From contig OY761611.1 of the NCBI GenBank assembly GCA_963664875.1, positions 2,496,001 to 2,560,000 on the forward strand: a stretch of 64,000 nt of DNA, written 5' to 3'. Numbering within the stretch: position 1 is the first letter of the stretch; each line of letters starts with the position of its first letter. The notes beneath the pieces are model-generated. The model made no database searches. It was not told where the DNA came from and saw nothing but the letters and a program-made list of their open reading frames with translations. Positions 37,794 through 47,735 of this stretch are shown piece after piece. The stretch is from Candidatus Kapaibacterium sp. GTDB lineage: Bacteria > Bacteroidota > Ignavibacteria > Kapaibacteriales > UBA2268. The translations under genes were made by a program, and so were the position numbers.

Positions 37794-39172
37794 AAAGTAT
37801 TATACTTGTTATGTTAATATGTATGTCGTTTACAGGGCTCCTTGCGGAGTACTATGACGAACCTTATAAATTTAAAAAGGATGTTTTGGTGCCATTCAAG
37901 ATAGAAACCGACTCTGCCGGTACTACCTATTTTACAAGTACAAATAAATACGCTGTTGGTAATGCGGAGGATAAATCGTTTGAAATTGTTGATAGTATTA
38001 GAATTGGTGATGAAATTTACTATTTCGAACAAAATGGATTTGGATATGGTTCTCAGTCTTTAAGATTTGGCAAGAAGATGTCTATGATGACTATTCACAC
38101 AAACACAGATACTTCCTATCTGTGTTTCTTAAATCAAGACACTGCGTTTATATATAATAGAACATACTTTTCTTCAAATATATGGCAAGTCTTTAATAAT
38201 ACGTACAGCAATGGGAAGTTTTGGTTTGGTGGTTTGTGGGGTTATCTCTATCGCTTTGATGAAAATACATATCAATTAGATTCTATTCGCGTAGATTCTG
38301 TAAAACTTTTTCAGTGGAAAATCTCATTCCGAAAATTTGCTCCGTACAAACAAGGCATACTGTATGTATCACAATATGACAATAATCTTCATTATTACTC
38401 AGATGAAGAGCAGTGGTTTGCAAATATCGATTCGTTAGCTAAAAGTAAATTTCCTAAATGGAGCCACGTCTCATTTATGGAATATCATGAAGGTAAAGTA
38501 CTTCTTTCGACCTATAATAATGAGATATATCTATACGATATAGAGCAAAAGACGATGGAAGAGATTGACCTTGCTCAAACAATAATAGCAGAAGACTACA
38601 AAAACAAACGAAATCATCTGGGGAACTTAGAATTATCTCCGATAGCAATATTTGATTGTAAAGGAAACATATATATAAATCTGTACTTCGACGGAGATGC
38701 AACATTATATAAAATAAAAGAAGATAGAACTGCCGAAGAGTACAAGATACCCGGCTTTACAAGAGTTTGGGACGTTGTGCGTTCCGGCCGTAATTCAAAT
38801 TGGTTTAGAGGTTATTATGGTAACTATAATGATTCGGATGCAGCTTATAAAGTAGTGGAACATTTTCCTGACGGGACAGGAGTAGAGGGAGCTCCACCGA
38901 CACTATTGCCTATAAACGTCTATCCCAATCCATCAAAAACATATACCAACGTGAAGTTTTATCTGCAACCCAGCACCAAAGCATCTTTGAAATGCAGCAT
39001 TTATAACTACATGGGTAGTCTGATTGCCGAATTAGATAATGAAATCGAATATGACGAAACGACTGGATTTGCAACTAAGAGAATAGAGACCGGCAGTCTA
39101 AACACAGGTATATACTATCTGCTGGTGGACAACGGCAGCGAAAAGCGACTATTTGGCTTTGCAGTTGAATAA
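37790..39172 (+). CDS. T9SS-secreted beta-propeller-like protein, paralog 3
   Basis: Near-identical to paralog 2 except about aa 35-127 and a 5-aa insertion. Confidence 0.85.
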   Translation: MKSIILVMLICMSFTGLLAEYYDEPYKFKKDVLVPFKIETDSAGTTYFTSTNKYAVGNAEDKSFEIVDSIRIGDEIYYFEQNGFGYGSQSLRFGKKMSMMTIHTNTDTSYLCFLNQDTAFIYNRTYFSSNIWQVFNNTYSNGKFWFGGLWGYLYRFDENTYQLDSIRVDSVKLFQWKISFRKFAPYKQGILYVSQYDNNLHYYSDEEQWFANIDSLAKSKFPKWSHVSFMEYHEGKVLLSTYNNEIYLYDIEQKTMEEIDLAQTIIAEDYKNKRNHLGNLELSPIAIFDCKGNIYINLYFDGDATLYKIKEDRTAEEYKIPGFTRVWDVVRSGRNSNWFRGYYGNYNDSDAAYKVVEHFPDGTGVEGAPPTLLPINVYPNPSKTYTNVKFYLQPSTKASLKCSIYNYMGSLIAELDNEIEYDETTGFATKRIETGSLNTGIYYLLVDNGSEKRLFGFAVE

Positions 39173-39195
39173 GACCCAACAATCAAATATATATA

Positions 39196-39230
39196 AAAAA
39201 GAGCCAACTTGATTCAAATTGGCTCTTTTT
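39196..39230. terminator. Terminator-like inverted repeat, copy 4 of 4 (bidirectional)
   Basis: AAAAAGAGCCAACTTGA-T-TCAAATTGGCTCTTTTT between convergent genes. Confidence 0.8.
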
Positions 39231-39282
39231 AGTTTAGATATTGTGAATGAGAAGGCAAAGGGATGAAGCCCCTTGTCCAGAA

Positions 39283-40947
39283 CTATATAGATACAGTTTT
39301 TTCATTCATGTTTTCCAAAGCATCTACTATTGCTTTTAGGCATTGTCCGGCGAGCATTCCGTCCACAACTCTGTGGTCATAGGTAAGTGATACGTAAACC
39401 ATATCGCGTGGGACTATAACATCCATACCGTCAATCTGTTTAACAACAGGGCGTTTTTGTATAGCACCAATGCCAAAGATACCTACCTGAGGCTGATTGA
39501 TAATTGGAGTGCCAAATAAAGTGCCGAAAGTACCAACATTTGTGATAGTAAAGGTACCTCCCTGTATATCGTTTGGATCAAGGCGTTTAGATCTTGCTCT
39601 CGAAGCAAGGTCATTAACTGAACGGGCAAGTCCTGTTACGTTCAATGCTTCTGCCGATTTGATAACAGGAACAATAAGGTTGCCGTCGTCAAGAGCAGTT
39701 GCTACGCCAAGATTGATGCGTTTGTGTCTCAAAATATTTTTGCCGTCCACAGAAACGTTTACCATTGGGAACTTTTTCAAACCTTCAATAGCTGCCTGAG
39801 CGAAGAATGGAGTGAAAGTAAGTTTGAAGCCTTCTCTCTTCATAAATTCGTCTTTGAATTTATTTCTGAAGTTAACAATGTTTGTAACATCAGCTTCTGC
39901 AACAGAAGTTACGTGAGGAGAAGTTTGTTTTGAGTAAACCATGTGATCTGCGATAAGCTGGCGAACTCTGTCCATTGGAATCACTTCTACATCGTCACCA
40001 TGTGCAACAGGAGTAGGAGCAGGAGCTGCTTTTGGAGTAGCAGGAACGCTTGCTGCAGGGGCAGCCGCTTGAGCTACCGGAGCTGCAACAGGGGCTGCAC
40101 CACGATTATCAATATAGCTCATTAAGTCTGCTTTGGAAACTCTTCCGCCAACGCCTGAGCCTTTAATTTGTTTAAGCTCTTCGAGAGAAACTTTATTTTC
40201 TTCAGCAATTTTTCTAACTAAAGGTGAGAAGAAATCTTCGCCATCACGAGTAGGAATTTTGTATGTTCCACCGCTTACAGGAGCTGTTATTTGAGTCGGA
40301 GCTACCTGAGCAGCAACATTTGCCACTGGTTTTGCTTCTTTAGGTGCTTGAGCCGGCGTAGCAGCCTGTATAGGAGCATCACCACTTGACATCTTACCGA
40401 TAACTGCACCAACTTCGACGGTTTCGCCTTCCTGAGCGATAATTTCTGCGAGCACACCTGCAACAGGAGATGGCACTTCAGTATCTACTTTATCAGTAGA
40501 AATTTCGAGAACCATTTCGTCTCTTTCTACTTTATCGCCTATGTTTTTAAGCCATTTTGTAATTGTGCCTTCCTGAAGTGATTCGCCCATCTTAGGCATA
40601 ATTAAATCTACAAGGTTGCCACCAGCTGCTACTACAGGAGCTGCATCTTGGGCAGGAGCCTGAGTTCCTTCTTTGGCAGCCGGTGCAGGAGTCGCTACAG
40701 CAGCAGAAGCATCAGTTTCGATATAGGCGATAATAGAACCAACTTCAACAGTTTCGCCTTCTTTAGCAATAACTTCTACAAGAGTTCCTTCGTTAGGAGC
40801 CGGAACTTCTGTGTCAACTTTGTCCGTAGAGATTTCCAAAATCATTTCGTCTCTTTCAACTTTATCGCCAACGTTTTTAAGCCATTTTGTGATAGTGCCT
40901 TCCTGGAGCGATTCACCCATTTTAGGCATTACAACTTCTAATTTCAT
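39283..40947 (-). CDS. sucB: 2-oxo-acid dehydrogenase E2 (dihydrolipoamide acyltransferase, SucB-like) with two lipoyl domains
   Basis: Two MPKMGES...EISTDKVDTEVP domains, E3-binding SPLVRKIA..GSGVGGRVSK, catalytic DHRVVDG. Substrate class is not certain. Confidence 0.8.
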   Translation of the reverse strand: MKLEVVMPKMGESLQEGTITKWLKNVGDKVERDEMILEISTDKVDTEVPAPNEGTLVEVIAKEGETVEVGSIIAYIETDASAAVATPAPAAKEGTQAPAQDAAPVVAAGGNLVDLIMPKMGESLQEGTITKWLKNIGDKVERDEMVLEISTDKVDTEVPSPVAGVLAEIIAQEGETVEVGAVIGKMSSGDAPIQAATPAQAPKEAKPVANVAAQVAPTQITAPVSGGTYKIPTRDGEDFFSPLVRKIAEENKVSLEELKQIKGSGVGGRVSKADLMSYIDNRGAAPVAAPVAQAAAPAASVPATPKAAPAPTPVAHGDDVEVIPMDRVRQLIADHMVYSKQTSPHVTSVAEADVTNIVNFRNKFKDEFMKREGFKLTFTPFFAQAAIEGLKKFPMVNVSVDGKNILRHKRINLGVATALDDGNLIVPVIKSAEALNVTGLARSVNDLASRARSKRLDPNDIQGGTFTITNVGTFGTLFGTPIINQPQVGIFGIGAIQKRPVVKQIDGMDVIVPRDMVYVSLTYDHRVVDGMLAGQCLKAIVDALENMNEKTVSI

Positions 40948-41425
40948 GTTATAACTCCACTATAGAATTTATTTTTGTGTTCTGTGTTACTTTATAGCAT
41001 ATTCTAAGTACGAATAAGAAGCGAAAATATCGTAAACAAATCGTATGTTAAGTCTTTAACAATGGTTCAATATTTTGCTTTGCCAAACAATATTCCTTAA
41101 ACGGAACAAACTTATCCTTATTGCCACTAAAGAATATATAGCATCAAAACGATATAGGGCATAGTAGAAGCTGATGAATTTGAACTGTAGAATATTTTTT
41201 TTGCAAAAATTTATGTAAATTGCAGATATTCAAAACATTTAACATGTAAAGACTTGTCAAAGAAGTGAATTGACAGGCTGTAGCTGATAAAATTCTCTTT
41301 ATTTATCTTAGAGGTAAAATATTTAGAGAGAAAAATTATCTATACTATTGCTAAAAGGTACATACTTTTTTGACAAGTTTTTATGTTTGGATTAAAGAAT
41401 TATATCGGAATAGGAGAAAGGAAAA

Positions 41426-42121
41426 ATGGCTAAAAACCCCGGCAAAAAGACATTAAGATCAACTTCTAATGCTATCAAAGATCTTTATAATACTTATGTA
41501 AAAAACGAAGAACGCGAAATACCTATTACTGATGAAGAAAATGAAAATGCAGAAGAAAATATGCAAGATGAGCTAAATCAGGAAGAAATGGGTGAAGATT
41601 TTGCTTCTCCCGAAGAAATGCACGAGCAAATGATTGCACTTGTGGATCAAATGAATGAGCTTGGCAAAGAAAGAGATGAGCTTAAAGATGCTCTCGTGCG
41701 CAAAGTAGCCGAACTCGAAAACCTAAGAAAACGCTCAATAAGAGAAAAACAGGAAATGATCGAATATGCAAATGAAAGATTGCTATTCAGATTCCTGGAG
41801 CTTTTAGATGATATGTCTAACGCAGTTGGTGCTGGCAAAAAAAGCGATGATTATGCTACTTTGCTTCAGGGGCTTGAAATGATTCACTCTAAAGCAGTAA
41901 AATTCTTTGAAGATAACGGTGTCAAACGCATGGAAGATGCTGTTGGCAAAGAGTTTAATGTAGATTATCACGAAGCTATGATGCATACTCCTCATCCGGA
42001 AATCGGAGAGGGCTGTGTGGTGCAGGTAATACAACCGGGCTATATGATGCACGAAAAAGTTTTGAGACACGCTAGGGTTATTACGTCTGCCGGTAAACCG
42101 CAGGCTACTGAAGATAACTAA
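41426..42121 (+). CDS. grpE: Nucleotide exchange factor GrpE
   Basis: AELENLRKR, F...HEAM, QPGYM...VLRHARV; directly upstream of dnaJ. Confidence 0.95.
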   Translation: MAKNPGKKTLRSTSNAIKDLYNTYVKNEEREIPITDEENENAEENMQDELNQEEMGEDFASPEEMHEQMIALVDQMNELGKERDELKDALVRKVAELENLRKRSIREKQEMIEYANERLLFRFLELLDDMSNAVGAGKKSDDYATLLQGLEMIHSKAVKFFEDNGVKRMEDAVGKEFNVDYHEAMMHTPHPEIGEGCVVQVIQPGYMMHEKVLRHARVITSAGKPQATEDN

Positions 42122-42165
42122 TAAGTATTTTAATTGGATGTATATTATATAAGTGGCGATAAGCA

Positions 42166-43332
42166 ATGTCAAAAAGAGATTATTACGAAATATTGGGTAT
42201 AAGTAAAGATGCTTCGGCTGATGAGATAAAATCGGCTTATAGGAAACTTGCTGTAAAATATCATCCTGATAAAAATCCGGATAACCCAGAAGCTGAAGAC
42301 AAATTCAAAGAAGCTTCTGAAGCGTATGAAGTTTTGAGCAATGACGACAAAAGAGCCCGCTACGATAGATTTGGTCACCAAGGAATGCGTGGCGGTCAGG
42401 ATTTTCACCAGTATTCGAATATCAACGATATATTCTCTGCTTTTGGAGATATCTTTGGCGGCGGCGGAGGTGGCGGCAGCATCTTTGAAGAGTTTTTCGG
42501 AGGTGGTGCGAGAAGAGGTCAAAGGAGACGTCAACAAGGCGAACCCGGTTCTCGAATTAGAATAAGAATTCCGCTAACCCTCGAAGAAATTGCTCAGGAA
42601 ACGGAAAAAACAATTAAATATAAAAGAATGATTATATGCGATGCCTGTAGCGGTTCCGGAGCAAAAGCCGGTTCCGGCACTCAGACCTGCTCCACCTGCA
42701 ACGGTCAGGGTGAAGTTCGTCAGGTATCACGCTCTATGTTCGGTCAGTTCATAAATGTTTCTGCTTGCCCTACCTGTAACGGTGCAGGCCAGGTAATTAA
42801 AGAAAAATGTGAAGTTTGCGACGGCGAGGGTAGAGTAAAAGGTGATGACACTGTAACTGTTAAAATCCCTGCCGGAGTAGAAGAAGGCAATTACATTCCA
42901 ATTTCTAATAAAGGAAATGCCGGCAGAAGAGGCGGCAGCACTGGAGATTTGGAAGTAGTTATAGAAGAAAAAGAACACGAACATTTCATACGTCAGGATA
43001 ATGATGTAATGCTTCCGCTTACCATTAGCTTCCCTGAAGCTGCTCTTGGTGCAGATATAGAAGTGCCTACTCTACAGGGCAAAGAAATATTGTCAATCAA
43101 ACCGGGAACACAACCCGGCACTAAGCTCTTGCTTAGAGAAAAGGGTATCCCGAATCTTAATGGCTACGGCAAAGGCGATCAGGTAATTCTTGTAAACATT
43201 TATGTACCTGAAAAGTTGAATTCTAAAGAAAAAGCAGCCTTAAAAGATATGGCTAAAAGCGAAAGTTTTAGCCCCGATAATGCAAGCAAAGGCAAAGACT
43301 TTTTTGGTAAACTAAAGGATTTATTCTTCTGA
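42166..43332 (+). CDS. dnaJ: Chaperone DnaJ
   Basis: J-domain HPD, G/F region, four CxxCxGxG repeats. Confidence 0.97.
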   Translation: MSKRDYYEILGISKDASADEIKSAYRKLAVKYHPDKNPDNPEAEDKFKEASEAYEVLSNDDKRARYDRFGHQGMRGGQDFHQYSNINDIFSAFGDIFGGGGGGGSIFEEFFGGGARRGQRRRQQGEPGSRIRIRIPLTLEEIAQETEKTIKYKRMIICDACSGSGAKAGSGTQTCSTCNGQGEVRQVSRSMFGQFINVSACPTCNGAGQVIKEKCEVCDGEGRVKGDDTVTVKIPAGVEEGNYIPISNKGNAGRRGGSTGDLEVVIEEKEHEHFIRQDNDVMLPLTISFPEAALGADIEVPTLQGKEILSIKPGTQPGTKLLLREKGIPNLNGYGKGDQVILVNIYVPEKLNSKEKAALKDMAKSESFSPDNASKGKDFFGKLKDLFF

Positions 43333-43333
43333 C

Positions 43334-43840
43334 ATGAAAGATAACCTATCAAAGATAACAAGAGCTTTAAGTATAAATAAGAATGAGGCAATTGTTGCTT
43401 TGGTAATGCTTGCGGGTTTGCTGCTTGGTATTAGTCGCTTAGTATTTTTTCCTAATGCCGGAGCAGATCCTGCGAAAATGAAAGAAGATATATTTGCTGC
43501 CTTCGACTCTGTAGCAAAAAATCAAGTTACAACTTACACCGGAAGCGACACAAAGGACACTCCTGACTCATCCCTTGCTTCCGGTGATTCTATATACGAA
43601 AAACCCTTGCTATTCCCCCAAGCTCCAAAAGCTAAACCCATATCCGGCAAAATCAACCTAAACACAGCTTCAAAAATTGAGCTGATGAGCATACCCGGTA
43701 TAGGTAGCAAAACCGCACTTAAAATAATTGAGTTACGCAAAAACCAACCCTTCCAAAAGCCGGAAGATATAATGAAGATACGAGGTATTGGGCAAAAAAA
43801 ATTTGAGCAGATGAAGGATAAAATTTGTGTAGGAGGGTAA
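43334..43840 (+). CDS. ComEA-family helix-hairpin-helix DNA-binding protein
   Basis: N-terminal TM; INLNTAS..ELMSIPGIG...IRGIG. Confidence 0.85.
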   Translation: MKDNLSKITRALSINKNEAIVALVMLAGLLLGISRLVFFPNAGADPAKMKEDIFAAFDSVAKNQVTTYTGSDTKDTPDSSLASGDSIYEKPLLFPQAPKAKPISGKINLNTASKIELMSIPGIGSKTALKIIELRKNQPFQKPEDIMKIRGIGQKKFEQMKDKICVGG

Positions 43841-43878
43841 CATAAAAGGAGCAAGGGATTTTGCCCCTTTATCAGAAT

Positions 43879-44499
43879 CTATCTCAAAATATAGCTTTTC
43901 AAAACTGCAGTTCTTGAAAAGGTATTGTCGAACTCTTTGCCTCCAAACTCTTCCTGTACCATACCGATTCCCGGCACAAAATAAGTAAATGAGTAACGAT
44001 TCTCATCATCTTTGACGAAATACTTGATACAGTCTCTCTCTTTTGACATTATCTTTAGTTTAACTACGCCAACTTTTATCTTTCTACCCTTGTTCGAAAT
44101 CTCTCCGATTTTTGAAGCCTCTTTGATACTTAGCTTTTTCGGTTGTATTTCCCATACATCTTCATCGTCAGCACTGGAAGAGCCATATAGTACATTGTTG
44201 TAAGTAAATAGCCAAACTGATTCTTGTTTGATACCATCAAAATACATATTTGATTTGAAGGCGGTAACATCTGCATAATTGAAGAGAAAAGTGTGTTCTT
44301 CTTCTAAAATCATTTTGTATGATGAATATGTTGTGTCTCCTTCGTCTATTACAGTTACATCATAGTTCCACTCATTGCCCAAAGCAAGTGGCAGGAGGGT
44401 GTTGTCAGAAGGCGCTGTTGGACCGGTAGAGGAGTTGTCATCTCCGCACGAAACGAAAAGAAATGAGAATAAAATCAAGAATAAATAGTAGAATTTCAT
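43879..44499 (-). CDS. Hypothetical lipoprotein
   Basis: MKFYYLF...FVSC lipobox; PLALGNEWNY and YFVPGIGMV motifs. ATG 44499 is preferred. Confidence 0.7.
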   Translation of the reverse strand: MKFYYLFLILFSFLFVSCGDDNSSTGPTAPSDNTLLPLALGNEWNYDVTVIDEGDTTYSSYKMILEEEHTFLFNYADVTAFKSNMYFDGIKQESVWLFTYNNVLYGSSSADDEDVWEIQPKKLSIKEASKIGEISNKGRKIKVGVVKLKIMSKERDCIKYFVKDDENRYSFTYFVPGIGMVQEEFGGKEFDNTFSRTAVLKSYILR

Positions 44500-44693
44500 A
44501 GGAAATGCCAAGATAAATACAGAAATAATAATTATTATCAATATAAAGATAAATACTAAATAATCAAAGTTGAATTTTATAAGTAACTGCCTTGGTCTTT
44601 TATCTGTACTGCCATAACTTTATCACATAAGTTATGTTACACTGGCTGCATTTGTAGCTATAAAATGTGAAAAGAAATTAGTAGTAAACACAA

Positions 44694-44727
44694 AAAAGCT
44701 AAACACACATAAGTATGTTTAGCTTTT
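44694..44727 (-). terminator. Terminator after topA
   Basis: AAAAAGCTAAACA...TGTTTAGCTTTT inverted repeat. Confidence 0.7.
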
Positions 44728-44752
44728 CTTCTCAATTTATAAATAATAAATG

Positions 44753-47077
44753 TTAGAGTTCAGTAAAGTCTGTTTTGCACTCAGGACATTTATAATATTT
44801 CTCATATTCTCCTTCTACTTTTTTGTAGCGGACTTCGAGTGTAGGATTATTGCAATTTGGGCATTCATGCTCAATCGGTTCAAAATTGGTGATATAATCA
44901 CAATCGGGATAGCGTGAGCATCCAAAGAACTTGCGACGTGCTTTTTTGCTATAACGTTCTATTATATCCCCATCTCCGCATTTAGGACATTTCACTCCGG
45001 TAGTAATAGGTTTGATACCTTTGCAGTCAGGGTAGTCAGTGCAACCGTAGAAACTGCCAAACCGCGATTCGCGAATAAACATAGGTTTTCCGCAAATATC
45101 ACAAAAAACACCTTCAGCAAGTACAGGTTCTTTCTTTTCCTGCATCTCCTGTTCAATTTTCGGAAGGGGCTTGGTGCCTCTACAATCAGGGTACTTAGAA
45201 CATCCCAAAAATCTACCGCCTCTACTGATTCTTATGATCATTGGTTCGCCACATTCAGGGCAAGGGATTTCGGGGATGTCGCCATGCTCTTCAGCATACT
45301 TTAGTGATTTGGTAAAAGGTCCGTAGAATTGCTTCATCAAATCTACATACGTCAAATCACCATTTGCGACTATGTCAAGCTCTTGTTCCATTTCTGCGGT
45401 GAAGTCAACATTGAACAAAGTAGGGAAATTTTTGATTAAAACTTTGCATACATCCATTCCCAAGCCGGTCGGTACGAAAGACTTGGTTATCAGTTCCACA
45501 TACTCTCTGTCAATCAAAGTGCTGACAATTTGAGCATAAGTCGAAGGTCGTCCTATGCCAAGCTCATCGAGTTCTTTCACAAGCGACGCTTCGTTATAGC
45601 GAGCAGGTGGTTTTGTTTGCGAATGAGTTGAGTCTGATTTAGTGCATACTACTTGCTGGTTTTCTTCGAAAGAAGGAGGCAAAAGCTGTTTAGAATCATC
45701 ACCTTTACCATTTTCTATGTCACCATAAGCAGCAAGGAAACCTTTGAAGACAACAATGGAACCTGTCGCTCTAAAAGACAAATCACCACCATCAATAGAT
45801 ATAGTAGTCTGATCCATTATTGCAGGAGCCATCTGAGATGCAAGGAATCTGTTGAATATTAACTCATATAATCGAGCTTCGTCTTTTCCTGCATATTTTT
45901 TCACCTCTTCAGGCGAATAGCTCATGCTTGTAGGTCTGATAGCTTCGTGGGCATCTTGGATATTGGAAGATTTCGTTTTATATACATTTGGAGATTCCGG
46001 TAGGTATTTGTCTCCAAATTTATTTTTTATATATTCCGCTGCATTACCTTGAGCTTCCGGGCTGATACGAACAGAGTCAGTTCTCATATATGTGATAAGA
46101 CCGACAGAGCCGTCCGCACCCATGTTTATGCCTTCATAAAGCTTTTGTGCAGTTGCCATTGTTTTCTTATTCGAAAAACCTAAGCGTCTTGATGCTTCCT
46201 GCTGTAGCAACGAAGTTGTAAATGGAGAAGACGCTCTGCGTTTTATTTGCTTTTTAGCAATAGAGCTGATAGCAAACTCAGTTTTAGCTATTCTGCTAAG
46301 TATCTCTTTTGCTTCTTTAGCAGAACGGATATAGTGCTGAGCTGCAAGCTTTTCTTTGATAGCTTTATCTTCTTCCGGGTCGTCTGCAGCGGCTGAGCCT
46401 TCAGGGTTTTTGATTACTTTGCCATCAAAAGAATAAAGTTTTGCTTCCAAAGAGTCCTTAAACTCATTGGCAAAGACTCCCGAGATTGACCAGTAATCAA
46501 TAGGTTTGAAAGCAGAGATTTGGTCTTCTCTTTCGCAAATCAAACGCAAAGCTACTGATTGCACGCGACCTGCAGATAATGCTTTTGAGGTTTTTTCTAT
46601 CATCGCTCTGTTAAGAAACGGAGATACCTGAAAACCAATCAGTCTGTCAAGCACTCGTCTCGCCTGCTGCGACATAAAAAGATTTTCGTTGATGTCAAGC
46701 GGCTCTTTTAGAGCGTTTTTGACACCTGCTTTTGTAATCTCATTAAACAAGATGCGTTTAATGTTTGTATTACTTGGTTTTATGATTTCCGCTAAGTGCC
46801 AGGCTATAGCCTCACCTTCGCGGTCGGGGTCAGTTGCGATTAGAACTTCTTTAGCTTTTTTTGCACGCTCTTTAAGTTTTTTGATTATATCGCCTTTGCC
46901 CTTTATTGTAATATATTTTGGTTCGAAATCATTTTCGACATCAACACCAAGTTTGGTTTTTGCCAAATCCTTTATATGCCCGACAGAAGCTTCGACAATG
47001 TACTTGCTTCCGAGATATTTATTTATAGTTTTAGCTTTTGCGGGAGATTCCACAACAACTAAAGTTTTTTCAGCCAT
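44753..47077 (-). CDS. topA: DNA topoisomerase I
   Basis: VESPAKAKTI, ATDPDREGEAI, SAGRVQS, ITYMRTDS, C-terminal zinc ribbons. Confidence 0.97.
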   Translation of the reverse strand: MAEKTLVVVESPAKAKTINKYLGSKYIVEASVGHIKDLAKTKLGVDVENDFEPKYITIKGKGDIIKKLKERAKKAKEVLIATDPDREGEAIAWHLAEIIKPSNTNIKRILFNEITKAGVKNALKEPLDINENLFMSQQARRVLDRLIGFQVSPFLNRAMIEKTSKALSAGRVQSVALRLICEREDQISAFKPIDYWSISGVFANEFKDSLEAKLYSFDGKVIKNPEGSAAADDPEEDKAIKEKLAAQHYIRSAKEAKEILSRIAKTEFAISSIAKKQIKRRASSPFTTSLLQQEASRRLGFSNKKTMATAQKLYEGINMGADGSVGLITYMRTDSVRISPEAQGNAAEYIKNKFGDKYLPESPNVYKTKSSNIQDAHEAIRPTSMSYSPEEVKKYAGKDEARLYELIFNRFLASQMAPAIMDQTTISIDGGDLSFRATGSIVVFKGFLAAYGDIENGKGDDSKQLLPPSFEENQQVVCTKSDSTHSQTKPPARYNEASLVKELDELGIGRPSTYAQIVSTLIDREYVELITKSFVPTGLGMDVCKVLIKNFPTLFNVDFTAEMEQELDIVANGDLTYVDLMKQFYGPFTKSLKYAEEHGDIPEIPCPECGEPMIIRISRGGRFLGCSKYPDCRGTKPLPKIEQEMQEKKEPVLAEGVFCDICGKPMFIRESRFGSFYGCTDYPDCKGIKPITTGVKCPKCGDGDIIERYSKKARRKFFGCSRYPDCDYITNFEPIEHECPNCNNPTLEVRYKKVEGEYEKYYKCPECKTDFTEL

Positions 47078-47344
47078 TTAATAACCCTACCCTGTCATGT
47101 ATTATATTTATAAGTTTCTTCTTTTCCGTGGATTGCCAACTGCAAATATAAAAAATATAAAACTATATAAAAGATTCGCAGGAAAAAATATTTTTTCGTT
47201 GTCAAATATTAGTGCCAATTAGATATTTTTTTAGGGAAATAAAATAGCTTACAATAAGAAATGTGAAATGCCGTTTTAGTAACTAAGTATATGGCAATAT
47301 TCTATAAGATAGATATTGTGAATACTATTGTGATTTATATTGCT

Positions 47345-47479
47345 TCATTAGTACTCCCATTTTGTTAATGGCGGGACTACTCCTCTCTTGGTAGGAGAAG
47401 AATTACCAAGGAACTTCTGAACTAATCCCTAATTGAATGTAGATGTAAGAGTAGCTTTTAGCCCAAGCTACTCTTTTTT
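47345..47479 (+). ncRNA. Candidate structured small RNA with intrinsic terminator
   Basis: GC-richer island with several stems, ending in AAGAGTAGCTT...AAGCTACTCTTTTTT. No CDS upstream on this strand. Family not recognised. Confidence 0.4.
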
Positions 47480-47735
47480 ATTATATATCTCTGCTTTAGG
47501 AATTTTATCTTATATGCTTTCATAAAACTGAATATTCCTATATTTGATGAGCTCCATTTTATCAGAGTCTCCCTGATGACTAATTCTATATTTTTTAAAC
47601 AAAAAGCTTAAAAGCCGGATTGTTGTGTAAAAAATTGAGCATCTCGTTGCCTAATTGCTTTTTAAAGTCTTGTTTCATACAACTTTTTGGAATATTTTGC
47701 GTAATTAAATTAATTAGTAAAAATGGATTTTATAA

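Noticed and set aside
34564-39230. Paralog array as a diversity-generating retroelement or integron
   Set aside because: No reverse transcriptase or integrase in the window. Changes are not adenine-specific and the C-terminus is constant. The inverted repeats lack attC RYYYAAC/GTTRRRY ends and look like terminators.
40384-40947. Internal DNA repeat in the E2 gene
   Set aside because: Ordinary tandem lipoyl domains.
47202-47218. Sigma-54-like TTGGCACTAATATTTGA upstream of topA
   Set aside because: The -12 element is off by one base, and a TATATTTG element at 47143-47150 explains transcription more simply.
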